Shown here: in pieces, positions 56,301 to 64,000 of the stretch | How positions within the stretch are numbered: the first letter of the stretch is position 1 | Layout: each line of letters begins with the position of its first letter | Assembly (NCBI GenBank): GCA_020056225.1 | Contig: JAGVIE010000048.1 | Span: forward strand, 101,352-165,351 | DNA length: 64,000 nucleotides | Direction of reading: 5' to 3' | DNA from: Bacteroidota bacterium | Lineage (GTDB): Bacteria; Bacteroidota; Ignavibacteria; UBA10030; SZUA-254 | Program-made: the position numbers and the translations under genes | The notes under the pieces: model-generated | Database searches by the model: none | Seen by the model: the letters and a program-made list of their open reading frames with translations, nothing else | What the model was told of the DNA's origin: nothing

Positions 56301-56890
56301 ACGATGAACTCGGACAAATTCTGACCGGAATAAAGATGGACTTAGCCTTCTTCGAAGATGCCTTGCTTGAACAAGCAAACACATCCCAATGCGACAAGTT
56401 AATCAGTAAAATAGAATCGACGTCTAAACTTGTTGACGGAGCTATCCAAACAGTGAGAAAGGTGACAACCGAATTGCGTCCGGCAATTTTAGACAGCATG
56501 GGTATTCTTGCGGCAATTGAGTGGCAGGCGGAAGAATTCCAAAAACGAACGGGAATTATATGTGAGTACAATTCACTGTTTGAGGATATTGAGTTAGACC
56601 GTGCCCGATCAACAACAATTTTTCGAATTCTGCAGGAATCTCTTACCAATATCGTTCGTCATTCGAAAGCCACAAAGGTCAGCATCACATTCAGAAAAGA
56701 TAATAATATGCTCTTTTTCGACATAGTCGATAACGGTATTGGTGCACAGATGAAGGATATGAAAAAGTTAAATTCTTTTGGTATCTTAGGAATGAAAGAA
56801 CGAGCTTCGTTGATCGGAGGCTATGTTGAAATACAAAGTACTCCAGGAGACGGAACTACCGTAAGCGTAAAAATTCCTTTAGAGAACTGA
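53312..56890 (+). CDS. Multi-PAS/GAF sensor histidine kinase (HisKA_3 + HATPase_c, NarX/DegS type)
   Basis: About 7 PAS/PAC units each ending ...DITERK.AE..L..SE..., one GAF-like segment, H-box REIHDELGQ, N-box ESLTNIVRHSKA, G-box VDNGIG. No TM helices seen. Confidence 0.85.
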   Translation: MKTLKQISRVKHIKKNIDAHEQVEKALRQSEKRYKQLLNSITDYIYTVEIKDDCPTKTVHGKGSEKVTGYTPAEYAADPKLWLSMVHPDDISYVEHYADLLHGGKEVPPLEHRIIHKTGKICWIQNTYVLKHNTAGNVIGYDGLISDITEQKNAELELIKANRIYAIISQIDQMVVRTKNREKLFSEACRITIKYGKFRMVWIGLVDEKEQLVKPIAFDGFEDGFLAATEKISLRNTPEGHRPTSKAIHKGRYHCCNDIANDSFMVLWRDEALKRGYRSSISLPIFVHGKAIGAFNIFASEPFFFNKSEIQLLREVTGDIAYAVETIDTAEKRKQVEEALQRSEKKYRLLHESITDAVVSVDITGRITECNKAYTKMLGYNNEELSKLSYLDITPHKWHSFESKIVEEQILKKGYSEIYEKEYIKKNGTVFPVELRTFLITDDHGVATNMWAIVRDITERKSAEKALSESEEKYRTLVETTGTGFVIVDDEGKVEDANQEYVRLTGYKTLEEIIGRKVTEWTAEYDIIRNSEEVKKCFEKGFVRNLQIDYKDTKGNITPIEINANVIQTSTGIQIHTLCRDITERRKAEAILNQSEERFRSLVHNSSDVITIHDKNGSLTYATPSIERILGYKSEDIFGRNPLELVHPDDYEHVAVALQEAYDNYNTELPTEYRIKRADGSWIYFESVALNLLSNPIINGIIITSRDITERKRTENALRESENRLIALLNASTQPIMLLDVNGTVLATNTAMVQRLGLTIDEFIGNNAYQFIPQDLALRRKEKIGEVIRTGKAIRFEDRRGDTFFDNSIFPVLDNFGKVSAVAIFSNDITEYKKAERLIRDSESQLRQVIDLVPHFIFAKNRKAQFVLANKAVADAYGTTVEQLLGKTDADFNPNAVEVQHFLQDDVEVMDRGCMKDIPEEKMTNSAGQVHYLHTIKIPFRPISTTEDAILGVSTNITEQKKIENQLHASYQQMRQLTARVQEVREEESTRIAREIHDELGQILTGIKMDLAFFEDALLEQANTSQCDKLISKIESTSKLVDGAIQTVRKVTTELRPAILDSMGILAAIEWQAEEFQKRTGIICEYNSLFEDIELDRARSTTIFRILQESLTNIVRHSKATKVSITFRKDNNMLFFDIVDNGIGAQMKDMKKLNSFGILGMKERASLIGGYVEIQSTPGDGTTVSVKIPLEN

Positions 56891-56998
56891 TCCATTTACT
56901 ATATTTTCTAAACTCTGCTACAAAGGAAGATAATACGGTCGACATAATTTCATAATTGTGCTGGATAATTATTAATAATTTAGATTTGGAACTTAGCA

Positions 56999-57640
56999 AT
57001 GATAAAGATACTAATTGCAGATGATCATCCTGTTGTAAGGGAAGGACTAAAACAGATTCTCAGTAAAGCTAAAGATATGGTTGTGGGAGGCGAAGCCCTT
57101 AATGGACAAGAGGTGCTTGATAAAGTTCGAGATGAGAAGTGGGATGCCATCATACTTGATTTGAATATGCCTGGCAAGGATGGGTTTGAAGTATTGAAAG
57201 AAATCCGGCGTGAAAAACAAAAACTCCCGATTCTAATTCTCAGCATACAATCGGAAGAACAAATCGGAGTGCGCGTATTACGGGCAGGGGCTTCAGGGTT
57301 TTTAAGCAAAGAGAGCGCTCCAAAAGAATTGCTAAATGCAATCCGGAAAATTCACACCGGCGGAAAATTTGTAAGTGAATCTCTGGCTGAGAAACTTGCA
57401 ATCGAAGTCGAAGTGAAAACCGAAGGTGAACCGCATAAGCATCTCTCGAACCGTGAATATCAGGTTCTTTGCTCGATCGCATCTGGAAAAACAATATTAG
57501 AAATTGCAAAACAACTGTCCATTAGCGATAAAACAGTCCGCACATACCGGGAACGCCTGATAGAAAAAATGAATCTTAAAAACGATGTTGAGATGACGCA
57601 CTATGCCATCCAGCATAAGCTTATTGAACCTTTGGGCTGA
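56999..57640 (+). CDS. Response regulator, NarL/FixJ (REC + LuxR-type HTH)
   Basis: ILIADDHPVV ... ILDLNMPGKDG. HTH LSNREYQVLCSIASGKTILEIAKQLSISDKTVRTYR. Confidence 0.9.
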   Translation: MIKILIADDHPVVREGLKQILSKAKDMVVGGEALNGQEVLDKVRDEKWDAIILDLNMPGKDGFEVLKEIRREKQKLPILILSIQSEEQIGVRVLRAGASGFLSKESAPKELLNAIRKIHTGGKFVSESLAEKLAIEVEVKTEGEPHKHLSNREYQVLCSIASGKTILEIAKQLSISDKTVRTYRERLIEKMNLKNDVEMTHYAIQHKLIEPLG

Positions 57641-57939
57641 TATTTTATTTCACGGTATACATTCAATTACTTTCCATTACGCGGCAAATATCACCTTTCA
57701 CAATTTTTTGAGTACTCCTTTATGACGTTGTCACAAATTTCATATTTTGCAGTTTTCTTGAAATTCACGATATATTCAATATTTAAATCTGCAGATATTA
57801 ATATGTAGTCTAATACTTACGCTTTTTTCAGATAGTTCCCACACAAGATTCAGACAAATGCCAATTGATAACACTTGGCGGGTTTCAATATATTGTATAA
57901 TGGAATATATCGTGTACAATCGTATTGAAATGCATCGTA

Positions 57940-58305
57940 ATGCAAAATAGGAAAGTCTTCATAATTGACGATTCGCAGTTAATCCGGGAAAGACTGACCG
58001 ACAAACTCGAAAAGCTCAAAGGCATCGGAACCATCAGCCAGGCAGCCGATAAATCTTCCGCGTTAACTACTCTTCAAAAAGAAACACCTGATATCGTTAT
58101 CCTTGATATACAATTACCGGATGGCAGTGGGATCGATTTATTATCTAAAATTAAAAAAGAAAATTCACAGATCGTTGTCATTGTATTGACTAATTTCCCT
58201 TATTCCATCATTCGCAGACGTTGTCTTGAATTAGGCGCCGATTATTTCCTTGACAAATCAACAGAGTTAGAGAAACTCTTCGATATTTTCACCGCCCTTA
58301 GCTAA
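57940..58305 (+). CDS. Stand-alone response-regulator receiver (CheY-like)
   Basis: VFIIDDSQLI ... VILDIQLPDGSG ... VLTNF. No output domain. ATG at 57940 preferred over the TTG at 57925. Confidence 0.8.
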   Translation: MQNRKVFIIDDSQLIRERLTDKLEKLKGIGTISQAADKSSALTTLQKETPDIVILDIQLPDGSGIDLLSKIKKENSQIVVIVLTNFPYSIIRRRCLELGADYFLDKSTELEKLFDIFTALS

Positions 58306-58450
58306 ATCGTTAAGATTAGTCTTTCTACAAGTACTTTTATCACCAGAATCGGTCAACCTATCACATAACACATCGAAGATCGGTATGTTTACACATTACT
58401 TTATAATTTATGTAAGCATAAGATCGCAAATCAAATTCAATTCAAGTAAT

Positions 58451-58484
58451 AAAAAAATCCCATCGTGATTGCGACGGGATTTTA
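58451..58484. terminator. Bidirectional terminator between convergent operons
   Basis: AAAAAAATCCCATCG-tgattg-CGACGGGATTTT. Confidence 0.75.
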
Positions 58485-58515
58485 TAGTTTGAACCTGATT
58501 AACGGCTGAGGTCTA

Positions 58516-59655
58516 CTACTCTTCAATCATTTTTACCTCTTGTATTACATCCTTCCGCTTTCCATTTTTACGCAAAAATGGTTTTTCAACCGGTGGATTA
58601 TGATATGCAGGCTCTTCTTCGAGATCAGGATATATACAAATCTCATATTTGTAATTTCTGAGAATAATGTTTTTTCCTGCCCTGCCTACGACGTATTGTG
58701 GAAGCATAGGAATTTTACCACCGCCGCCGGGTGCATCAATAACATAATAAGGGATAGCTAATCCTGAAGTTGTACCTCTCAGCTTATCCATTATCTCCAA
58801 TCCTTTACTTACCGGGGTTCGGAAATGATCGGTTCCCTTTGTAATATCTGCTTGATAGAGGTAATAAGGCCTAACGCGCATTGATAACAACTTCCTCATC
58901 AGCTCAAGCATTATGGCAGAATCGTCATTAACCCCCTTCATTAAAACCGTTTGGTTGCCTAAAGGAATACCGGCGTCTGCGAGCATCCCACACGCCCGTT
59001 TTGCTTCAGGTGTACATTCCCAGGGATGATTGAAATGTGTGTTGATATAAATTGGATGGTACTTTTTAAGCATCTTGGATAATTTAAGTGTGATTCGCTG
59101 AGGCAAAACACACGGCATTTTCGTTCCTATTCGGATAATCTCTACATGAGGAATTTCCCTTATGCCTTTCAGGAGACGTTCGAGCAAGAAATCTGTCAAC
59201 ATCAACGGGTCACCTCCGGAAAGAATCACATCGCGCACCTCAGGATGCGCCGCGATATAATCTATGCCGTCTTGAAGATATTTCATGTTAATTTTTTTCG
59301 AATCTCCCACCTTACGTTTCCGTGTACAGAAACGACAGTACATCGAACATTGACTGGTAGTAAGGAAGAGAACTCGATCCGGATAGCGATGGACGATGCT
59401 CGGCACCGGGCTGTGTGAATCTTCTGCGAGTGGATCCTCCGGCAGATCGTCTTGTAATAATTCTTTCGAATCCGGTATGCACTGCAGCCATATTGGGTCG
59501 CCGGGATGACGAATTAAACTCAGATAGTAAGGATTGATGCGGATATGAAACAGTGAGTTGAGCTTGTCTGCGGCTTGTTTTTCGAACCCGAAACGTTCTA
59601 CTAAATCTTTCGCGCTGTCAACGCTTTGCCGCAGCATTTCCTGCCATAGTTCCAT
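58516..59655 (-). CDS. kamA: KamA-family radical SAM aminomutase (lysine 2,3-aminomutase-like)
   Basis: CSMYCRFCTRK (CxxxCxxC), SGGDPL, NQTVLMKGVND, RPYYLYQAD and YVIDAPGGGGKIP. Confidence 0.85.
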   Translation of the reverse strand: MELWQEMLRQSVDSAKDLVERFGFEKQAADKLNSLFHIRINPYYLSLIRHPGDPIWLQCIPDSKELLQDDLPEDPLAEDSHSPVPSIVHRYPDRVLFLTTSQCSMYCRFCTRKRKVGDSKKINMKYLQDGIDYIAAHPEVRDVILSGGDPLMLTDFLLERLLKGIREIPHVEIIRIGTKMPCVLPQRITLKLSKMLKKYHPIYINTHFNHPWECTPEAKRACGMLADAGIPLGNQTVLMKGVNDDSAIMLELMRKLLSMRVRPYYLYQADITKGTDHFRTPVSKGLEIMDKLRGTTSGLAIPYYVIDAPGGGGKIPMLPQYVVGRAGKNIILRNYKYEICIYPDLEEEPAYHNPPVEKPFLRKNGKRKDVIQEVKMIEE

Positions 59656-59658
59656 AAT

Positions 59659-60156
59659 TTATTTTGAATCCCTATGTTGTGAGACATATTTTCCATACAC
59701 GACGAGAGCATCGCCGGTTTTATAATAATCTTGTATTCGACTTAATTCCTGATATTCCGCGCTAATATAAAACTTTCTCGTATTTTCATATTTCGGTTGT
59801 GAAGAAGTTTCAGCTACTACTAATCTACCGCCTCTCTGTTTGATTAATAATTCGGCGTGATTCAGCAATTCCTTCCCTATGCCTTTATTATGGGCAGAAG
59901 GCTTAACCGCAATCCAGTACAGGTCGTACGTTCCAATCGTCATCGGAGTCGGTCCAATACAGTAATAGCCAACAACGTTACCATCCTCAGAAACAGCCGT
60001 ATAGATTATATAATCTTTTTGATGATCATTATTAAGTACGATATCGATGAGTTCTAATGCCACAGCGATCTCGTCATCAGTAAAGACGGATGTTTTTTCA
60101 AGAATTATTCGGATGGGATCTTTGTCCGCCGATCGGATTTGTCGGATAGTGATCAA
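59659..60156 (-). CDS. GNAT-family N-acetyltransferase (165 aa)
   Basis: Acetyl-CoA motif VKPSAHNKGIGKELLNHAE. 3-nt gap to kamA and 4-nt overlap with the upstream ligase gene. Confidence 0.8.
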   Translation of the reverse strand: MITIRQIRSADKDPIRIILEKTSVFTDDEIAVALELIDIVLNNDHQKDYIIYTAVSEDGNVVGYYCIGPTPMTIGTYDLYWIAVKPSAHNKGIGKELLNHAELLIKQRGGRLVVAETSSQPKYENTRKFYISAEYQELSRIQDYYKTGDALVVYGKYVSQHRDSK

Positions 60157-61235
60157 GCGATTCTTTCAAGCGCACATTCAACAATTTTACTGATCAGCTC
60201 TTCAAACTTATAGCCGTAAGCTTTTGCAGATCTTGAAAATCCCGCTTCATCTGATATATCAGGATTAGGATTGACTTCAAGTATATACGGTTTGTTTTCT
60301 TTACTCAGACGAATATCAATACGGGCATAATCCCTGCAACCCAGCAATTGATAAGCCCTCAATGCCATCTCTTTTACAGTTTGCTCCATCTCTTGCGGCA
60401 ATTTCGCAGGACAAACACCTTTCGTGTGTTCATATTCATCTGTTCCCTTCATCCATTTTGCATTATATGTAATGATCCTATGGTATTGCTTGGGTAAAGT
60501 GGACATATCAATTTCAGAAATCGGGAAAACGATTGGTTTGCCGTTCCCAAGAATAGCAACATTTAACTCGCGTCCATCGATATATTCTTCGACCAGCGCT
60601 GGCTGATCGAACCGCTCGAAAATATAGCGGATTCGTTTTTTAAGATCGGATAGATTATAAACCACCGATTCAGTCTCAATTCCAACGCTTGCGTCTTCAT
60701 GAGACGGTTTCACTATCAGCGGGTAGCTTAAACTGTCGTTAACGGAGATTCGTAATGGACTCTTGAATAATTGGAAGCGGGGAGTTGGTAAATCGTTATA
60801 AAGTAAAATTTCTTTTACCCGTACTTTATTGAGGGCTGTTCCTAAAGTGAGAGGGTCCGAACCTGTATAGGGAATTTTTAATAATTCATAGATGCCCGCT
60901 ACATGCATTTCATGGATTGCTTCATTTCCAACACTCTCGCACAAATTGAAGATTACATCAGGTGATTCATCTTTTAGGAAATTTAAGAGCCGGGTAATGT
61001 CACTATCAACATTAAAAATTGAACAGCGGTAGCCCATCACTTGTAAGGCACGGGCGAGATCCTCTCTTTCTTCCAGCACACCTACCTCTGAAAGATCGGT
61101 TGATGTTAGAATGTTGGTATTGCCGGATTTAGCGCCCTCCTGCAATTCACCTGTTTCAGAAATATATTTCTGACCCTCTACCGTGCTTGTGATCGGTTCA
61201 TTATAGATGAGCGCAACATGTATCTTTTTTCTCAT
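60153..61235 (-). CDS. ATP-grasp ligase, D-alanine--D-alanine ligase-like family
   Basis: HVALIYNE..., IVKPSHEDASVGI, LVEEYIDGRELNVAILGN, YILEVNPNPDIS. Confidence 0.8.
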   Translation of the reverse strand: MRKKIHVALIYNEPITSTVEGQKYISETGELQEGAKSGNTNILTSTDLSEVGVLEEREDLARALQVMGYRCSIFNVDSDITRLLNFLKDESPDVIFNLCESVGNEAIHEMHVAGIYELLKIPYTGSDPLTLGTALNKVRVKEILLYNDLPTPRFQLFKSPLRISVNDSLSYPLIVKPSHEDASVGIETESVVYNLSDLKKRIRYIFERFDQPALVEEYIDGRELNVAILGNGKPIVFPISEIDMSTLPKQYHRIITYNAKWMKGTDEYEHTKGVCPAKLPQEMEQTVKEMALRAYQLLGCRDYARIDIRLSKENKPYILEVNPNPDISDEAGFSRSAKAYGYKFEELISKIVECALERIA

Positions 61236-61243
61236 AGGTTATC

Positions 61244-62377
61244 TCAATTTGTTGATGGATGTGACGATGAATCGGAAACCAGTCCATATCTTTTTGCCGC
61301 TAACATAAGAACTGTTTGAATCAAACGGTTATAATTAATACCGGCTGCCCGCGCCGCCTTTGGAAAACACGAATTATCTTCAGGTTTTGGTAAAATCCCA
61401 GGCAGAGGATTGAGCTCAATAATATGCGGCTTGCCATTACTATCAAGCCTCACATCAATCCTGCACCAATCTTTACAATGAAGAATGTTGTAGGCTTTGC
61501 AGCAGATAGATTCGATTTCGCTCTGGAGAGATGCAGATAATTTAGCCGGGCAGGAAAATATCTCTAATGGCGCATCGGCTCTATCCCAAATCCATTTCGC
61601 TTCGTATGAGTAGATTGGGTTTACCCCTGCCGGAAGGGTATCAAATTTTATCTCGACAATCGGTAGAACAGTTAATTCATCGCCATTTCCGAGAATTGCC
61701 ACCGTAAACTCGCGCCCAAATAGAAATTCTTCAACAAGGGCGGGTTGCCGGTATTTTTTCACAACAGCTGAAACTTCACGTTCCATCTCTGCTTGATTAT
61801 TGACAACAGAGGAGTTAAAGATACCCTTGCTTGAACCTTCGTGCAACGGTTTCACAATACAGGGAAATTTTAAATCTGTCTGTGAAATCTTTGAGCTTTG
61901 TGAAATAATCGTAAACCGTGGTGTAGGCACATTATAATAAGAGAGAATTTCCTTCGCACGCGACTTATCCAAACAAATAGATAGAGCCAGCGAATCCGAG
62001 CCGGTGTATGGAATTTGGAGCATCTCCAGTATGGCAGGTATCTGCGCTTCCCGGGAAACGCCATTAAAACCTTCCGCTATATTAAAAACAATATCGGGCT
62101 TGTCTGTCAATAATTTGACGTATGCTTGCTCGTTCGCTTCAATTAAAGATACCTCATGGAACTCGGCGAGTGCCGCTCGCACTGCATCGATTGTCTCAAA
62201 CGTATCCCATTCTGCATAAATATCAGAACTGGAATTTAGAATTGGCTGGGGATGAATGTTAGAAAGAGATGGTTGGAAAACTTCGCCGGTCAAACTCGGA
62301 GGCTCGTTCTCATCGTCCGCTTGAGATTGTTGAATTGGATCTTCCTTCTTTTGATTGTAAACGAGCGCAACGCGCAT
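61244..62377 (-). CDS. ATP-grasp ligase, D-alanine--D-alanine ligase-like family (paralogue with an N-terminal insert)
   Basis: MRVALVYNQKK, IVKPLHEGSSKGI, LVEEFLFGREFTVAILGN, HIIELNPLPGI. ATG at 62377 preferred over the TTG at 62407. Confidence 0.8.
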   Translation of the reverse strand: MRVALVYNQKKEDPIQQSQADDENEPPSLTGEVFQPSLSNIHPQPILNSSSDIYAEWDTFETIDAVRAALAEFHEVSLIEANEQAYVKLLTDKPDIVFNIAEGFNGVSREAQIPAILEMLQIPYTGSDSLALSICLDKSRAKEILSYYNVPTPRFTIISQSSKISQTDLKFPCIVKPLHEGSSKGIFNSSVVNNQAEMEREVSAVVKKYRQPALVEEFLFGREFTVAILGNGDELTVLPIVEIKFDTLPAGVNPIYSYEAKWIWDRADAPLEIFSCPAKLSASLQSEIESICCKAYNILHCKDWCRIDVRLDSNGKPHIIELNPLPGILPKPEDNSCFPKAARAAGINYNRLIQTVLMLAAKRYGLVSDSSSHPSTN

Positions 62378-62469
62378 CGAACTTACGTACCGAGGAAGAT
62401 GTAGCAAGTAACTCGTGCAGTCCTCTCAAATAGTTTAACATGATTGCTTATAATTATCATAACACTTGT

Positions 62470-62497
62470 AATATAATCATTTTATTCTTTTTGTCAA
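62470..62497 (-). promoter_or_regulatory. Candidate promoter TTGACA-16-TATATT for the ligase/GNAT/KamA operon
   Basis: Minus strand: TTGACA (62497-62492), 16-nt spacer, TATATT (62475-62470). Confidence 0.55.
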
Positions 62498-62595
62498 GTA
62501 GAAAATGAACTTTTGAGGTATAGTGTAACTTATTTTTCTTTCTATACTCGAGATGATTGTCAGCGGATAACCAAAAAAAATTCTCTCAGTCACAC

Positions 62596-64000
62596 TCATC
62601 CACCATGAAGTAATCCTAGTGCATCCTTCATCCACTCGTCGAACGACTTCCTCAACACACGATGCTCAGGCAGCCGAAGGTGAGGATCGGTATCGATGAG
62701 ATGGAATGCTTCATGTCGAGCCGACAATAAAATATCACCATCAGTCAAAAGGTTGGCAAGTCTTAGGGTAGGCAATCCGCTCTGTCTGGTTCCGAAATAA
62801 TCACCCGGACCTCTCAATTCCAGGTCAATTTCGGCTATTTTGAATCCATCAAGGGTCTCCAACATCGTTCGAAGACGACGCTCGGCAATCCGTTTATTAT
62901 CTTCAACTCCATCTAGCGTAGGGATAGTTGAACCAACTTTTATCTTTCTTCCCATCCAGCCCGGCGCTATAAGAATACAATACGATTGCTCTGCACCTCT
63001 TCCAACTCTGCCCCGCAACTGATGAAGCTGTGAAAGACCAAGCCTCTCGGCATGCTCAATGACCATAACCGACGCATTAGGAACATCAATACCTACTTCG
63101 ATGACAGTGGTGGAGACTAAGATATCAATCTTTTTTTGTTCGAAGTCTGTCATGATATTATCTTTTTCATCTGATGACATTCTTCCATGAATCAATCCCA
63201 CCCGATAATCGGTAAATACTTCCGATTTCAATTTCTCATAACTCTCCGTCGCGGCTTTTAGATCTAACTTTTCAGATTCTTCGACGAGTGGATAGACAAT
63301 ATATACTTGTCTGCCATCCTTAACCTGTTCATGTATAAACCGGTAAACTGATGAAAGCTGAGATTCGAAGTTAAGAATTGTTTTAATCGGTATGCGATGA
63401 GCAGGCAATTCATTGATTGTCGATACATCAAGATCTCCATAAACGGTTAATGATAGAGTTCTCGGTATAGGCGTTGCTGTCATCACCAATATGTGAGGAT
63501 TTGGACCTCCACTCAAAGATTCAATCCCTTTTTCTCTCAACGCAACCCGTTGCGCTACTCCAAAGCGGTGCTGTTCATCTATGATTACCAAACCGAGCTT
63601 CTTAAACATAACATGTTCTTGTATCAGCGCATGAGTACCGACTACAATATTAGCGGCTCCTGTCCGTATTTCCTCAAGAACATCATCACGTATTCTTACT
63701 CGCTGTCCGCCTATTAGCAATCGAACATTTACATTCAAACCTTTGAGAAAATTTGCAAGGGTTTTAAAATGTTGTTCAGCAAGAATTTCTGTCGGTGCCA
63801 TGAGTGCCGTTTGGTAGCCATTATCTATTCCGATAAGCATCGCGATAAGCGCCACAATTGTTTTCCCGCTTCCTACATCACCCTGCAATAGACGATTCAT
63901 CGGCTTGCCGGACTTTAGATCGTCGGTGATTTCTTTGATAACCTTCACCTGAGCTTTGGTAAGTTTGAACGGCAACGAATCGACTAATTGTCGCGCCAGT
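62596..64000 (-). CDS. recG: ATP-dependent DNA helicase RecG, N-terminus beyond window edge
   Basis: LPFKLTKAQ, GDVGSGKT, DEQHRFGV, TATPIPRTL and QLHQLRGRVGRG. The frame remains open to nt 64000. Confidence 0.9.
   Translation of the reverse strand, partial: LARQLVDSLPFKLTKAQVKVIKEITDDLKSGKPMNRLLQGDVGSGKTIVALIAMLIGIDNGYQTALMAPTEILAEQHFKTLANFLKGLNVNVRLLIGGQRVRIRDDVLEEIRTGAANIVVGTHALIQEHVMFKKLGLVIIDEQHRFGVAQRVALREKGIESLSGGPNPHILVMTATPIPRTLSLTVYGDLDVSTINELPAHRIPIKTILNFESQLSSVYRFIHEQVKDGRQVYIVYPLVEESEKLDLKAATESYEKLKSEVFTDYRVGLIHGRMSSDEKDNIMTDFEQKKIDILVSTTVIEVGIDVPNASVMVIEHAERLGLSQLHQLRGRVGRGAEQSYCILIAPGWMGRKIKVGSTIPTLDGVEDNKRIAERRLRTMLETLDGFKIAEIDLELRGPGDYFGTRQSGLPTLRLANLLTDGDILLSARHEAFHLIDTDPHLRLPEHRVLRKSFDEWMKDALGLLHGG

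Noticed and set aside
1-64000. tRNA, rRNA, tmRNA, RNase P, SRP and 6S RNA genes
   Set aside because: I scanned the intergenic regions for hallmark strings (GTTCGAATC-type T-loops, GAGGAAAGTCC, the SRP GGAAGCAGCC core and others) and found none. This is only a by-eye check and should be repeated with tRNAscan-SE/Infernal.

Overview
64 kb of bacterial chromosome, densely coded on both strands. I found no rRNA, tRNA or CRISPR array. Three secreted proteins carry the C-terminal sorting signature 'NYPNPFNPAT.I.Y' typical of type IX secretion cargo. With GWxTD, DUF3108, DUF5916 and DUF1573-type proteins, this suggests an FCB-group organism, possibly Ignavibacteria-like (inference only). Core genes include ilvE, a cspA-family gene, cstA, yraN, rnhB, a BamA-like gene, rimO, cdsA, dnaG, recG (truncated by the window edge), an AdaA/AdaB pair, an ECF sigma/anti-sigma/DUF4097 operon and a multi-PAS histidine kinase with two response regulators. 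Accessory regions: (1) about 7.7-12.2 kb, an AT-rich-looking islet with an ABC-type ATPase + RloB pair (AbiL-like), an AbiEi antitoxin whose toxin partner is reduced to a stub, and several tiny overlapping ORFs. (2) about 32.4-38.1 kb, small orphan ORFs, a GIY-YIG nuclease gene embedded in hairpin repeats that looks inserted into a duplicated promoter-like element, and an AT-rich BNR-propeller protein. (3) 58.5-62.5 kb, a tight operon of a KamA-family aminomutase, a short GNAT and two Ddl-like ATP-grasp ligases, which I consider the best candidate for an undescribed pathway. Other points: a deoxyhypusine-synthase-like gene broken at a T7/A7 run, a consensus promoter with a 250-nt leader and 13-codon uORF, and a 400-bp ORF-free gap bounded by two similar terminator hairpins. 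All family calls come from motif recognition by eye; no searches were run.
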